This document shows, one piece after another, positions 18,096-26,978 of a stretch of 64,000 nt of DNA. Numbering within the stretch: the first letter of the stretch is position 1; each line of letters begins with the position of its first letter. A program made the position numbers and the translations under genes. Origin of the DNA: Candidatus Cloacimonadota bacterium (GTDB lineage Bacteria; Cloacimonadota; Cloacimonadia; Cloacimonadales; TCS61); NCBI GenBank assembly GCA_021734245.1, contig JAIPJH010000004.1, positions 9,645-73,644 of the forward strand, in the 5' to 3' direction. The notes beneath the pieces were generated by a model. That model did not search any database and was not told the DNA's origin. It saw only the letters and a list, made by a program, of their open reading frames with translations.

Positions 18096-19997
18096 TTATT
18101 CTTTTTTTTGCTTCAATTTTGGAATTGTAAATATCACTTTTAGGCCTTCTCCCGGTTCTGATTCCAACCAGATTTTGCCGTCGTATTTATCGATGATCTT
18201 TTTTACAATTGCCAAACCTATTCCGGTTCCGTCGATATCATCTTTGCTTTCCAGAGTCTGGAATATCTGGAATACTTTACTGAAGTATTTTGCATCAATT
18301 CCGGGTCCGTTATCTTCCACAGAGAATTGCCATTCCGATCCCTTATCTTCAGATTTTATCTGGATCAGCCCTGTATCTTTATCATTATATTTTATCGAGT
18401 TTTCAATAAGATTTTCAAATATCTGTTCTACCCTGGTCCTTTCAAATACAATTTCAGGAAGATTTTCCTGAACTTTAATTTGAATTTTTTGCGGAATTGA
18501 TAGTTTGTGGGTAACATTTTTAATGAGTTTGTTCATGTTTACTTTGATCTTTTCTGCATCAAAATTCACGACATTCACATACTCAAAAATTGCTTCAATT
18601 AGCTGATGCATTCTTTCAGTTCTTCCCACAAGAAGATTCATGTTCTTTTTGCCTTCCTCTGTCAGATTATTCTCTTCATCCATCAGAACCCAATTTGCCA
18701 AAGTGTTTATTGCTCTGAGAGGAGATTTCAGATCGTGGGAAGTTATGTTAGCAAAATCCATGAGATCTTTGTTGGTCTTCTTCAATTCTCTCAAGGCTTT
18801 CAGCATTTTTTCTTCATCAATTTTTCTTTCGGTTACGTTTCGGATCGAACCGATTATCTTTATCCCATCACTCGAATCATCTTTTAAAACTCTGGCACTA
18901 ATTGAGCACGGAATAAAATTTCCATCAGGATCAGAGAAAGAAATATCAAAATTATCGATCTCTTTTTGCTGTCTGATCACTTTCAAGAAAACATCTTCAC
19001 ATTCCAGATCGGTACAAATGAACCCAAGTTTCTTGCCAATAATCTGATCTCGATCGAGATGAATCAGGTTTCTGATAGATGGACTTATATCTTTGATCCA
19101 ACCCTCTTCATCAAGCTCAAAATAAACATCTTTCATATTATCGAAAATACTCTGATATTCATTTTTGGTGTCTTCAGGTTCTTCTACGCCTTTAAATTTT
19201 GAAGTAGTTATGTCGTCTATCTGCATGAAGGAAATAACGATCGCAAGAGGATTTTTTTCAGCATCGCGAAGTAATTCCGGTTTTGCTAAAAGATACTTGG
19301 AATTTTCTTCATCTCCTTTGGTTCTTAAATAAAAATCTGTACTTCGCCACTGATCCAGATTATCAAAAGATGGTATTGGATTATCATCTGCTTTAAAAAA
19401 AATCTTTATATTTTTCTCCAGTAAATTGCTTGTTTTTATACCAAAAAGGTTGGCCATTTCCGGATTGCAGAAAATGATCTTTCCCTGCAAATTGGTAATG
19501 GAAACAGGATGTTTGATGGAAATAATTGCTTTCTTAAGAAGATCGAGTCTCGAAGTATTTTTCTGCATTTCTTCAAAAGATATCTGCATTTTCTTATATG
19601 TAGAAGATATTTTACGAAGTCGATTCAATTCGCTGGTCTGTTCTTCCAGAGATTTTAGCAATGTTCTAGATTTATAGCGATATTTCTTTTCTTCCTTTTC
19701 TTCAACTTGCCTCAATTCATTTCGCAGTTTAAACTGAATCATCATTAAAACAATGATGAAAATAAAGGCAATTATAAGAAGTATCAGAATGACATATGAC
19801 AGAGTTCCCCAAGATGATTTTGATGATCTTATATTAGGATTTGAATTGGATGTTCTATTGAATTGTCCTGAGGAATTGCCAAGAACGATGGAATCTTTTT
19901 TTGTAGAATTTTCCTGGGTTCGAATAAAATTGTCCTGAGAAAATAAGCTAAAGCAAATTATAGTGAGTAATAAAAGAATTAGTGATTTTTTTCTCAT
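18096..19997 (-). CDS. Membrane-anchored PAS sensor histidine kinase
   Basis: Signal/TM segments, two PAS-like regions, H-box ITSHDLKSPLRAI, N-box ENLIENSIKY, G-boxes DNGPGID and GTGIGLAIVKK. Confidence 0.87.
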   Translation of the reverse strand: MRKKSLILLLLTIICFSLFSQDNFIRTQENSTKKDSIVLGNSSGQFNRTSNSNPNIRSSKSSWGTLSYVILILLIIAFIFIIVLMMIQFKLRNELRQVEEKEEKKYRYKSRTLLKSLEEQTSELNRLRKISSTYKKMQISFEEMQKNTSRLDLLKKAIISIKHPVSITNLQGKIIFCNPEMANLFGIKTSNLLEKNIKIFFKADDNPIPSFDNLDQWRSTDFYLRTKGDEENSKYLLAKPELLRDAEKNPLAIVISFMQIDDITTSKFKGVEEPEDTKNEYQSIFDNMKDVYFELDEEGWIKDISPSIRNLIHLDRDQIIGKKLGFICTDLECEDVFLKVIRQQKEIDNFDISFSDPDGNFIPCSISARVLKDDSSDGIKIIGSIRNVTERKIDEEKMLKALRELKKTNKDLMDFANITSHDLKSPLRAINTLANWVLMDEENNLTEEGKKNMNLLVGRTERMHQLIEAIFEYVNVVNFDAEKIKVNMNKLIKNVTHKLSIPQKIQIKVQENLPEIVFERTRVEQIFENLIENSIKYNDKDTGLIQIKSEDKGSEWQFSVEDNGPGIDAKYFSKVFQIFQTLESKDDIDGTGIGLAIVKKIIDKYDGKIWLESEPGEGLKVIFTIPKLKQKKE

Positions 19998-20027
19998 AAA
20001 TCTCCTGTTTTCGAGATTAATAAATTC

Positions 20028-20441
20028 CTAAATAGGGAACTCACAGATATCCCAATAATTTTCTATCTTTTTTATCATTTCCACAAATTCCTGGTAATTT
20101 ACCGATTTGATAATATATCCGGCAACCCCAAGTTTATAGGAATCCAACTTATCTTGTTCCGAACGAGATGTAGTGAGTACAACAACAGGAATGCTAAGTA
20201 ATTTCTCATCTTGTTTTATAGTACGCAAGAATTCAATTCCATTCATACGGGGCATATTCAAATCCAATAGAATAATTGCCGGAAGCTCCATGATTTCACT
20301 TTGCAGGTATTCCAAAGCATCTTCCCCATTTTGTTTCACAATAACTTCATTCGAAACTTCGATCTCTTTTAAAGCTCGTTTCACCGTCATAGCATCTACC
20401 AGATCGTCTTCAACAACTAAAATTGGTCTGTTACTTTTCAT
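20028..20441 (-). CDS. Single-domain response regulator (CheY-like receiver)
   Basis: ILVVEDDLVD, ILLDLNMPRMNG, VVVLTTS and AGYIIKS motifs. 137 aa. Confidence 0.9.
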   Translation of the reverse strand: MKSNRPILVVEDDLVDAMTVKRALKEIEVSNEVIVKQNGEDALEYLQSEIMELPAIILLDLNMPRMNGIEFLRTIKQDEKLLSIPVVVLTTSRSEQDKLDSYKLGVAGYIIKSVNYQEFVEMIKKIENYWDICEFPI

Positions 20442-20457
20442 AAATAAACCCCAAAAT

Positions 20458-21771
20458 CTATTCTTCTGTTTTCATTTTTGGAAGTGTAAAATAAAAAGTT
20501 GTTCCTTCTCCCAATTTGGAATTCAACCATACTTTTCCGCCATACATTTCTACAATTTTTTTGATAACCGTAAGGCCCACACCCGTGCTGTTATTTTGAT
20601 CTCTGGGTTGTAACATATGAAAGATCTTGAAGATCTTATCATAATCCTTTTCCGCAATTCCAGGTCCGTTATCCGAAACAGAAAATTTCCAGAATTCTGC
20701 ATTATCTTCACATCCTATCTTGATCTCACCCTTTGGTTTATCGATATATTTTAGCGCATTGCTGAGCAGATTTTGGAAAATTTGTTTTATTCTGGTTTTT
20801 TCCAATTTCACAGTAGGAAGTACATTAACTATCTCGATATTCATGTTCTTCGGTGGAGCCAGAAGATCGATAATATCCGGAACTGTTTTACTAAGATCTA
20901 ATTCTACATGCTCTTCATGCAACCGTCCAATTCTGGAATATTCCAGAACTCCATTTATCAATCTATCCATGCGTTTCACGCGTGATTTCAGTAAGTTCAA
21001 CTGTTCTTTTCCATCTTCATCAAATTTATCTTCATAATCACTTACAAGCCAGGTCGCCAATGAATTTATTCCTCGAAGTGGTGCCTTCAAATCGTGAGAA
21101 ACAATATAGGCAAAATCTTTTAATTCAGTATTTATGCTTTCAATTTTGACCATTGCTTTCTCCAATTCTTTCTCATGTTTATGGGAAAGCATAAACAAGG
21201 TTTGAAAATTTCTGGTAGATTTTATACGTAGATAATTTGCCAGGAAAGAAACATAAAATGAAAGCAGAAGAATTACCGAAATATCCTTCCAATATTCAGT
21301 GAAATTATTGAGGATAAGTTGATGGACCACAGTTAACAGGATGATAATAATTGAAATAAAATACCATTTAAAAGAAAGATAAAATATGCCACATCCAATA
21401 ATAAGTAAAATTATGTAAATTATGTAAATGATATCACCTGTAAATTTTATATATTGGATGCTGTTGAAAAGTAAAATACCTAAAATTATCGTGCCTAATA
21501 AATGACTATATTTTGGCTTCATTTTTATGCTCATCACCAGGTTCATAACGGCAAAAAGCAGCAAGAATGACATCACAGTCTGCAGCACTGTCATCATGTT
21601 TGCGTTGAACATTGTAAGATGAGCAATAGCAAATATCAAGAAAAGAAATGTAACAGCAAAAGAAAGAGCTTTTACACTGGAATAGAAAATTTCATCGATG
21701 CGATTTTCGAGTTCTTTTGGTTCTACTTCAATATTGATCTTTTTCTTTGGTTTTACATCGTCTATGCTCAT
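20458..21771 (-). CDS. Polytopic membrane sensor histidine kinase
   Basis: About 6 TM helices, then H-box VSHDLKAPLRGI, N-box NLLSNALKY, and DNGPGIA / GVGLTVIKK. I prefer ATG 21771 (AGGGG RBS) over the tracked TTG at 21777. Confidence 0.87.
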   Translation of the reverse strand: MSIDDVKPKKKINIEVEPKELENRIDEIFYSSVKALSFAVTFLFLIFAIAHLTMFNANMMTVLQTVMSFLLLFAVMNLVMSIKMKPKYSHLLGTIILGILLFNSIQYIKFTGDIIYIIYIILLIIGCGIFYLSFKWYFISIIIILLTVVHQLILNNFTEYWKDISVILLLSFYVSFLANYLRIKSTRNFQTLFMLSHKHEKELEKAMVKIESINTELKDFAYIVSHDLKAPLRGINSLATWLVSDYEDKFDEDGKEQLNLLKSRVKRMDRLINGVLEYSRIGRLHEEHVELDLSKTVPDIIDLLAPPKNMNIEIVNVLPTVKLEKTRIKQIFQNLLSNALKYIDKPKGEIKIGCEDNAEFWKFSVSDNGPGIAEKDYDKIFKIFHMLQPRDQNNSTGVGLTVIKKIVEMYGGKVWLNSKLGEGTTFYFTLPKMKTEE

Positions 21772-21882
21772 ATCCAACCCCTTATGAAAAAATTAATAAT
21801 CATCAATTAATTTTACGTTTGTAATTTATAAATTATATAGCTTGATTTGTAAATACTTTTTTTATATGAAATTAATTTTTAT

Positions 21883-21908
21883 AAAAAAAAGGGCAGCAAT
21901 AGCTGCCC
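21883..21908 (-). terminator. Rho-independent terminator of lysS
   Basis: GGGCAGC-tatt-GCTGCCC followed by T8 on the minus strand, 10 nt after the lysS stop. Confidence 0.8.
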
Positions 21909-21918
21909 ATTCAATAAT

Positions 21919-23415
21919 TTATTCTTCTGGTTTCATTTGGGGAAAGAGGATTACTTCCTTGATAGAAGTATTACCCGTGAATAGCATTACCAGACGGTCG
22001 ATGCCGATTCCCAATCCACCAGTCGGCGGCATTCCATATTCCAATGCTTCCAGGAAATCTTCATCTACCACGTTTGCTTCAACGTCTCCCATTTCTCGCA
22101 GTTTGGACTGCGCTTCCAGCCTTTCTCTTTGCTCGATAGGATCATTTAATTCTGTGAAAGCATTTCCATACTCGTTTCCATTTATGAACAATTCGAATCT
22201 TTCCGTAAGAAGTGGATTTCCAGGTTTTTCTTTTGCCAGAGGAGAAATCTCTTTCGGAAAATCGGTAACAAATGTCGGTTGAACCAACTTTGGTTCCACG
22301 AAATGTTCAAATAAAGCTTCGATCAATTTTCCTGCTCCGGCAGTTGGTTCGATTTCGATCTCATGTTTTTCGCAAAATGTTTTGATCTTTTTATAATCAA
22401 AATCGGAAGCATCAAAACCACTTTCTTCTTTTATCAATTCGATCATTCCGGCTCTTCGCCAGGGCTTTTTTAGATGAATTTCCGTTCCCATAAAATCGAT
22501 GGTTTCAATTCCAAAAACTTCCTTGGCAATATGAAGGATCATATCTTCCGTGATATCCATCATTCCGTTTATATCGGTATAAGATTGATACAATTCCATC
22601 ATGGTAAATTCGGGATTGTGAGTTCTGTCCATTCCTTCATTTCGGAAATTTTTACCGATTTCATAAACACGTTCAATTCCGCCCACGATCAATCTTTTCA
22701 GATAAAGTTCCAGAGCAATTCGCAAGTACAGATCGATGTCCAAAGTATTATGATGAGAAATGAAAGGTCGGGCATTTGCCCCGCCATAAAGTGGCTGCAA
22801 GATTGGGGTTTCCACTTCCACGAAACCTTTAGAATCCAGGAAATCCCGCATCGCTTTTATCATTCGAGAGCGAATAACAAATGTATCTTTCACTTCCGGA
22901 TTCAAAAGCAGATCGAGATAGCGTTTACGATAACGCAGTTCAATGTCATGAAATTCATCATAACGCTGCAGCTTACCGTCTACAACTTTTTCTTTTACAG
23001 TGGGAAGTGGTTTCAAACTTTTTGCCAGCATCGTCACCTGGCTGGCTCGAATGGAATATTCTCCTATTTTGGTTATAAAACACTCACCTTCGATCTGCAC
23101 GAAATCTCCCAGATCAAATAACTTGTAAACTTCGTAATTTTCTTCGCCAACGTTATCTTTTCTCACGAAGATCTGAATTCTGCCGGAATCATCAGAAATA
23201 TTGCCAAATCCTACTTTTCCCTGGCGCCGCATCGCATTCAAACGTCCAGTGATTGTAACCTTTTCACCACTTTCCAAAAATTTATCTTTTTGCTCAATCA
23301 GTTCACCGATCTTATGAGTTCGTTTACAGCGATTGGGAAACGGATTGATTCCCAAATCCCTCACTTTCTGCAGTTTTTCTCGTCGTACTTTCAGCAACTG
23401 ATTAATGTTTTCCAT
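21919..23415 (-). CDS. lysS: Lysine--tRNA ligase, class II
   Basis: 498 aa. OB-fold N-terminus, class II motifs (FRNEG, ELNDP..., GGLGIGIDRLVM). Confidence 0.95.
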   Translation of the reverse strand: MENINQLLKVRREKLQKVRDLGINPFPNRCKRTHKIGELIEQKDKFLESGEKVTITGRLNAMRRQGKVGFGNISDDSGRIQIFVRKDNVGEENYEVYKLFDLGDFVQIEGECFITKIGEYSIRASQVTMLAKSLKPLPTVKEKVVDGKLQRYDEFHDIELRYRKRYLDLLLNPEVKDTFVIRSRMIKAMRDFLDSKGFVEVETPILQPLYGGANARPFISHHNTLDIDLYLRIALELYLKRLIVGGIERVYEIGKNFRNEGMDRTHNPEFTMMELYQSYTDINGMMDITEDMILHIAKEVFGIETIDFMGTEIHLKKPWRRAGMIELIKEESGFDASDFDYKKIKTFCEKHEIEIEPTAGAGKLIEALFEHFVEPKLVQPTFVTDFPKEISPLAKEKPGNPLLTERFELFINGNEYGNAFTELNDPIEQRERLEAQSKLREMGDVEANVVDEDFLEALEYGMPPTGGLGIGIDRLVMLFTGNTSIKEVILFPQMKPEE

Positions 23416-23475
23416 TTTTTTTCTCCATTTATCTAATTTGTGATTCTACGGTTAGTTATGCCGCAGTCACGTTTC

Positions 23476-23504
23476 CTAATTTATGAGAGTGGTTTTTGTG
23501 TCAA
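23476..23504 (-). promoter_or_regulatory. Promoter candidate TTGACA-N17-AATTAG for lysS
   Basis: Minus-strand TTGACA (23504-23499), 17-nt spacer, AATTAG (23481-23476). About 60 nt upstream of the lysS ATG. Confidence 0.4.
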
Positions 23505-23706
23505 GTTTGGTATAAGATTTGCCACTAAGACACGAAGCCACAAAGAATCTACAATTGTCTTTCTGAGGAATTCTTGCAAAGGCAATCGACGAAGAATCTT
23601 AACAAAACTTTCTAACTCTGAATGTGCTTTTCGTAAGACTTTGTGAAAGAAGCCTTTTCACTAATTCAACTTATTTAATTCTGCTGTTACATAGAACAAG
23701 CTTCAA

Positions 23707-23758
23707 GACTTGTCACATGCCAAAAGGTTATGTGATAAGTCGATTTTTACTTTTTTTT
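23707..23758 (+). terminator. Orphan plus-strand terminator-like hairpin with T tract
   Basis: GACTTGTCACAT-(11 nt)-ATGTGATAAGTC, a 12-bp stem with one G-U that pairs only in plus-strand RNA. It is followed by GATTTTTACTTTTTTTT. No plus-strand gene lies upstream. Confidence 0.4.
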
Positions 23759-23859
23759 ATCGAGATGGTCAAACCAACATAAATTCAAAACGTATCCCCC
23801 GAATAATATTTATTTTTCAGTAATCAACAAAAACACAATAATTTCATTTTTTTCAAGCT

Positions 23860-24117
23860 CATGAATTTTTAATCTGTGAAATCAATTCAATTTCACTGGG
23901 TTATTCATGGGAAAAGCAAACAAAGCCTTTTATAGTAACCATTTCAATGGTTTTTTATTTGTGTAAACGGTTGAAACCGTTGTCAGAAATATTTCTCGTA
24001 TCAAGATTCCCACGAATGAATTCGTGGGCTTTACTGGATAAGGTTTTGGACAGTTAATAAAGCAACAATTTCATTTATTACAATAAATTAGGTTTATACC
24101 TTCCAAATTTTTCGGGG
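23860..24117. repeat. ~260-bp multi-hairpin interspersed repeat, copy 1
   Basis: Collinear with 48496-48753 (my by-eye alignment). Contains hairpins GTGAAAT-N7-ATTTCAC, ACCATT-tc-AATGGT, AACGGTT-ga-AACCGTT and CCCACGAAT-ga-ATTCGTGGG. Ends in ATTTTTCGGGG. Confidence 0.8.
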
Positions 24118-24173
24118 GGAAGCGTGAATATAAATTTAATTTTGTTTCTGTGTTAATCGATGCTATTCGGTAT

Positions 24174-25088
24174 TTATTCCTTCTCTTCCTCCGGCATTTC
24201 GAATTTCAGTTTTACAACTACCGGACGATGATCGGTGATGTATTTATAGCGCGCATCATCTCCGCCTTCCATGAATTTATCGATGGTAACCACTTTTACA
24301 AATTCTTGTGAGCTTTCAAATTCATCATAAAGTTCGTTGGAGATGAGAATGTGATCGATATGACCACGATATTTCCAGTAAGGATAACTCCAGTCGGCAC
24401 TGTCGTTCTGGGCAATTTCATAATCGACAAATCTGTATTCAGCAGGTTTTTGCAAAAGGCTGGTAAAAACATTGGCAGCGCCTTCATCTATCAATTGATC
24501 ATTCAAATCACCCAGAACGATCACATTGTCGTCGGGATGGTTTGCCAAAATCCAGGCATCCAGTTTTTCTACAGCAGCCCGACGGCGTGCTTCATTTTCG
24601 GCTCCCGTTCTGGCTTTAAAATGATTATTTACAATGATGATCTCCTGGTCGGCAAAAGTACATTCCAATACCAGCGGACTGCGTGGGAATGGCTGCCATT
24701 CTCCAAAAAAAATCTCATAAATTCCACTCACTCCGATCAGATCGGTTTTGTAGATAAAAGCCAGTTCCAGCTTCCAGTAATTGCGATTGGCTCGATAGCC
24801 GCTCCAGTTATGTTTATCCAGTGCATTAAGTTGATCGATCAAACAAAAGAAAGCTGAATCACTTTCGATCTCCTGGAAACCGATAATATCAGGATCGACA
24901 GCATTGATTATGTCAGCTGCATAATCTATTGTAAAATCACTTTTGGGAAAGTTTTGAATATTCCAGGTCATCACTTCCAAAGTTTGCTCTTCACCCACTT
25001 CCAGTTTATCATATTCAATTTCGGGAAGTTCTTCGCTCTCTAAAATTGCAAAAAGCAGAAAGCAGAAAGCAAAAATAATTTTTCTCAT
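24174..25088 (-). CDS. Secreted endonuclease/exonuclease/phosphatase (EEP) family hydrolase
   Basis: Signal peptide MRKIIFAFCFLLFAIL. TWNIQNFPK, GFQEIE, VLGDLND and ITDHRPVVV motifs. ATG 25088 with a GGAG RBS is preferred over the tracked TTG at 25109. Confidence 0.8.
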   Translation of the reverse strand: MRKIIFAFCFLLFAILESEELPEIEYDKLEVGEEQTLEVMTWNIQNFPKSDFTIDYAADIINAVDPDIIGFQEIESDSAFFCLIDQLNALDKHNWSGYRANRNYWKLELAFIYKTDLIGVSGIYEIFFGEWQPFPRSPLVLECTFADQEIIIVNNHFKARTGAENEARRRAAVEKLDAWILANHPDDNVIVLGDLNDQLIDEGAANVFTSLLQKPAEYRFVDYEIAQNDSADWSYPYWKYRGHIDHILISNELYDEFESSQEFVKVVTIDKFMEGGDDARYKYITDHRPVVVKLKFEMPEEEKE

Positions 25089-25179
25089 AATATCTCCAAT
25101 TTTTTCCAACTTCGGAATGTACGAAGTTCTTCCGAATGTTGAATTTAGTAAATTTTAACTCATAAACATTCGAATGATC

Positions 25180-25227
25180 TCGAAAAAATTCGAAAACAAT
25201 TCGAAAAAATTCGAAAACAATTCGAAG
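25180..25227. repeat. 21-bp direct tandem repeat (TCGAAAAAATTCGAAAACAAT, 2.3 copies)
   Basis: Exact copies at 25180-25200 and 25201-25221 plus a partial third. It lies between the S8 stop and the EEP start. TTCGAA cores recur through 25108-25228. Confidence 0.8.
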
Positions 25228-25228
25228 A

Positions 25229-26947
25229 TTATTTCATCAATACCATTTTCCTTGTAAAAATCTGGTTTCCAGCTTGCAATCTGGCAAAATAAATGCCCGA
25301 AGAAACAGGTTTGTTGTTGTTATCGGTACCGTTCCAGACAACAGAATAACTCGGTGACGTGCCATATCCTTCGACAGGCTCAGGATGACTTTTTCCCTCT
25401 CTCTTTGCTAAACTCCCGCTTGGGAACGTAAATGTTTTCACTTTCTGGCCTTTCAGATTAAAAATTTCAATTGTCGCAAAGACAGAGCTTTGCGTTACGC
25501 TGAAGCTGATTGTCGTGCTGGGATTGAAAGGATTGGGATAATTTGTAATATGAATTTGAGATTCAGGAATATTATTTTGAGCAGAAACCGGATTCAACAT
25601 CAAATCCAAAGAATTGAATACATTTAACCTTCCTCCGGAAACAGTCACATTTTCCAGATCGGGAATAATATCAACACCATCCAATAAAAACTGTTTGATT
25701 TCCAGACATTTTGTAGGGTCTGCTTCATATTCCAGCAGCCAATCCTGAGGTGCTGCAGAAAACATAAGAGCAACCGCTCCTGCCAAATGCGGTGCCGCCA
25801 TTGAAGTTCCAGTTTTCCACGTATAATCGTTATTCCAATTTGTAGAGTAAATACTGCTGCCTGGAGCTCCCAGATCAATGCATTCCAAGCCATAAGCCGC
25901 ACTGTTGTGTTTTGTATCGTCATTCATCGTATTGGTTACTGTTAAAAGATAATCACTTTCGCAAGCTGTTGGCATGTCGCCGCAATTATCAATATTTACG
26001 CCAGCATTCATAGTCGCAGCTGAACTGAGAACACCAGCTACACCTAGAGAATCGTAAATTGCGCTCCACAGTGGGTACTGGTTGGGATTGCCGTAATCTA
26101 TTCCAAAAGAAGCATTCGTAGAAATTACAAAAGCTCCCAAAGCTCCTGCTGTTTCGTTCCATAACTTTCTCATTTCCAATACATATCCATAACCTTCCAC
26201 CACAACCGATTCTACACTGGAATCAGCCGCTATCGGCATGATTTTGCCATTCCAGCAAACTCCGGTTACACCTAAATTGTTGTTTCCGATCGCTGCGGCA
26301 ATTCCTGCCACGTGAGTTCCGTGGCTGTCTGTAGGAATAATACCGCAATGTGTATAACCATTCCAACCGTCGTAATCATCTACATAACCATTACAGTCAT
26401 CATCAATATTATTATTGGGAATTTCATTGATATTTTTGAAATAGTTTATATCATCATGGTTCAGATCGGCACCACCATCCACAATGGCAATTACTAAAGT
26501 ATCTCCAAAAGCTGTTACTCCACCGTTTGTAATATTCCAGGCTTCAGGTGCGTCGATATCACTATCTTCAATGCCGTTCATCTGCCCGGTATTGTGCATG
26601 TTCCATTGCAGATCAAAACTTTCATCATCAGGAAATTCACGTTGTTCGATGTAATGATTGAATTGTGAAATCATAACATATTTACTTTCATTCAAAGAAA
26701 TTTTCACATCTTCATCTTTCCATCGATCGGGAACAAAAGAGCACAACCAGATATTCATTCTTCTGGTTAGAAGTCGTTCAAATTTCAGATCAATCTCACT
26801 GAATTCATTCTCCAATTTTCGTATCTGCTCCTGGCTGGGAAAGGAAGGATTCAGCTGCACCATTATTTCTCCGGATTTATAGAGAGTTTCAGATGCAAAA
26901 AGTGTACTAAATATAAAAATCATTAAAATAATAATTGATTTTCTCAT
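25229..26947 (-). CDS. Subtilisin-family (S8) serine protease with T9SS C-terminal sorting domain
   Basis: Catalytic-triad contexts IAIVDGGAD, HGTHVAGIAA and GTSMAAPHLAG. CTD NYPNPFNPSTTISF...KMVLMK. Signal peptide from ATG 26947 (GGAGG RBS). Confidence 0.9.
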   Translation of the reverse strand: MRKSIIILMIFIFSTLFASETLYKSGEIMVQLNPSFPSQEQIRKLENEFSEIDLKFERLLTRRMNIWLCSFVPDRWKDEDVKISLNESKYVMISQFNHYIEQREFPDDESFDLQWNMHNTGQMNGIEDSDIDAPEAWNITNGGVTAFGDTLVIAIVDGGADLNHDDINYFKNINEIPNNNIDDDCNGYVDDYDGWNGYTHCGIIPTDSHGTHVAGIAAAIGNNNLGVTGVCWNGKIMPIAADSSVESVVVEGYGYVLEMRKLWNETAGALGAFVISTNASFGIDYGNPNQYPLWSAIYDSLGVAGVLSSAATMNAGVNIDNCGDMPTACESDYLLTVTNTMNDDTKHNSAAYGLECIDLGAPGSSIYSTNWNNDYTWKTGTSMAAPHLAGAVALMFSAAPQDWLLEYEADPTKCLEIKQFLLDGVDIIPDLENVTVSGGRLNVFNSLDLMLNPVSAQNNIPESQIHITNYPNPFNPSTTISFSVTQSSVFATIEIFNLKGQKVKTFTFPSGSLAKREGKSHPEPVEGYGTSPSYSVVWNGTDNNNKPVSSGIYFARLQAGNQIFTRKMVLMK

Positions 26948-26978
26948 TTTTCCTCCGTGGTTATAGATCATTCATTCA

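Noticed and set aside
23440-23646. 68-aa GTG-initiated ORF in the lysS upstream region
   Set aside because: It has no RBS, its sequence is basic and low-complexity like translated repeat DNA, and it overlaps the lysS promoter candidate on the other strand. The region is kept only as a possible non-coding transcript.
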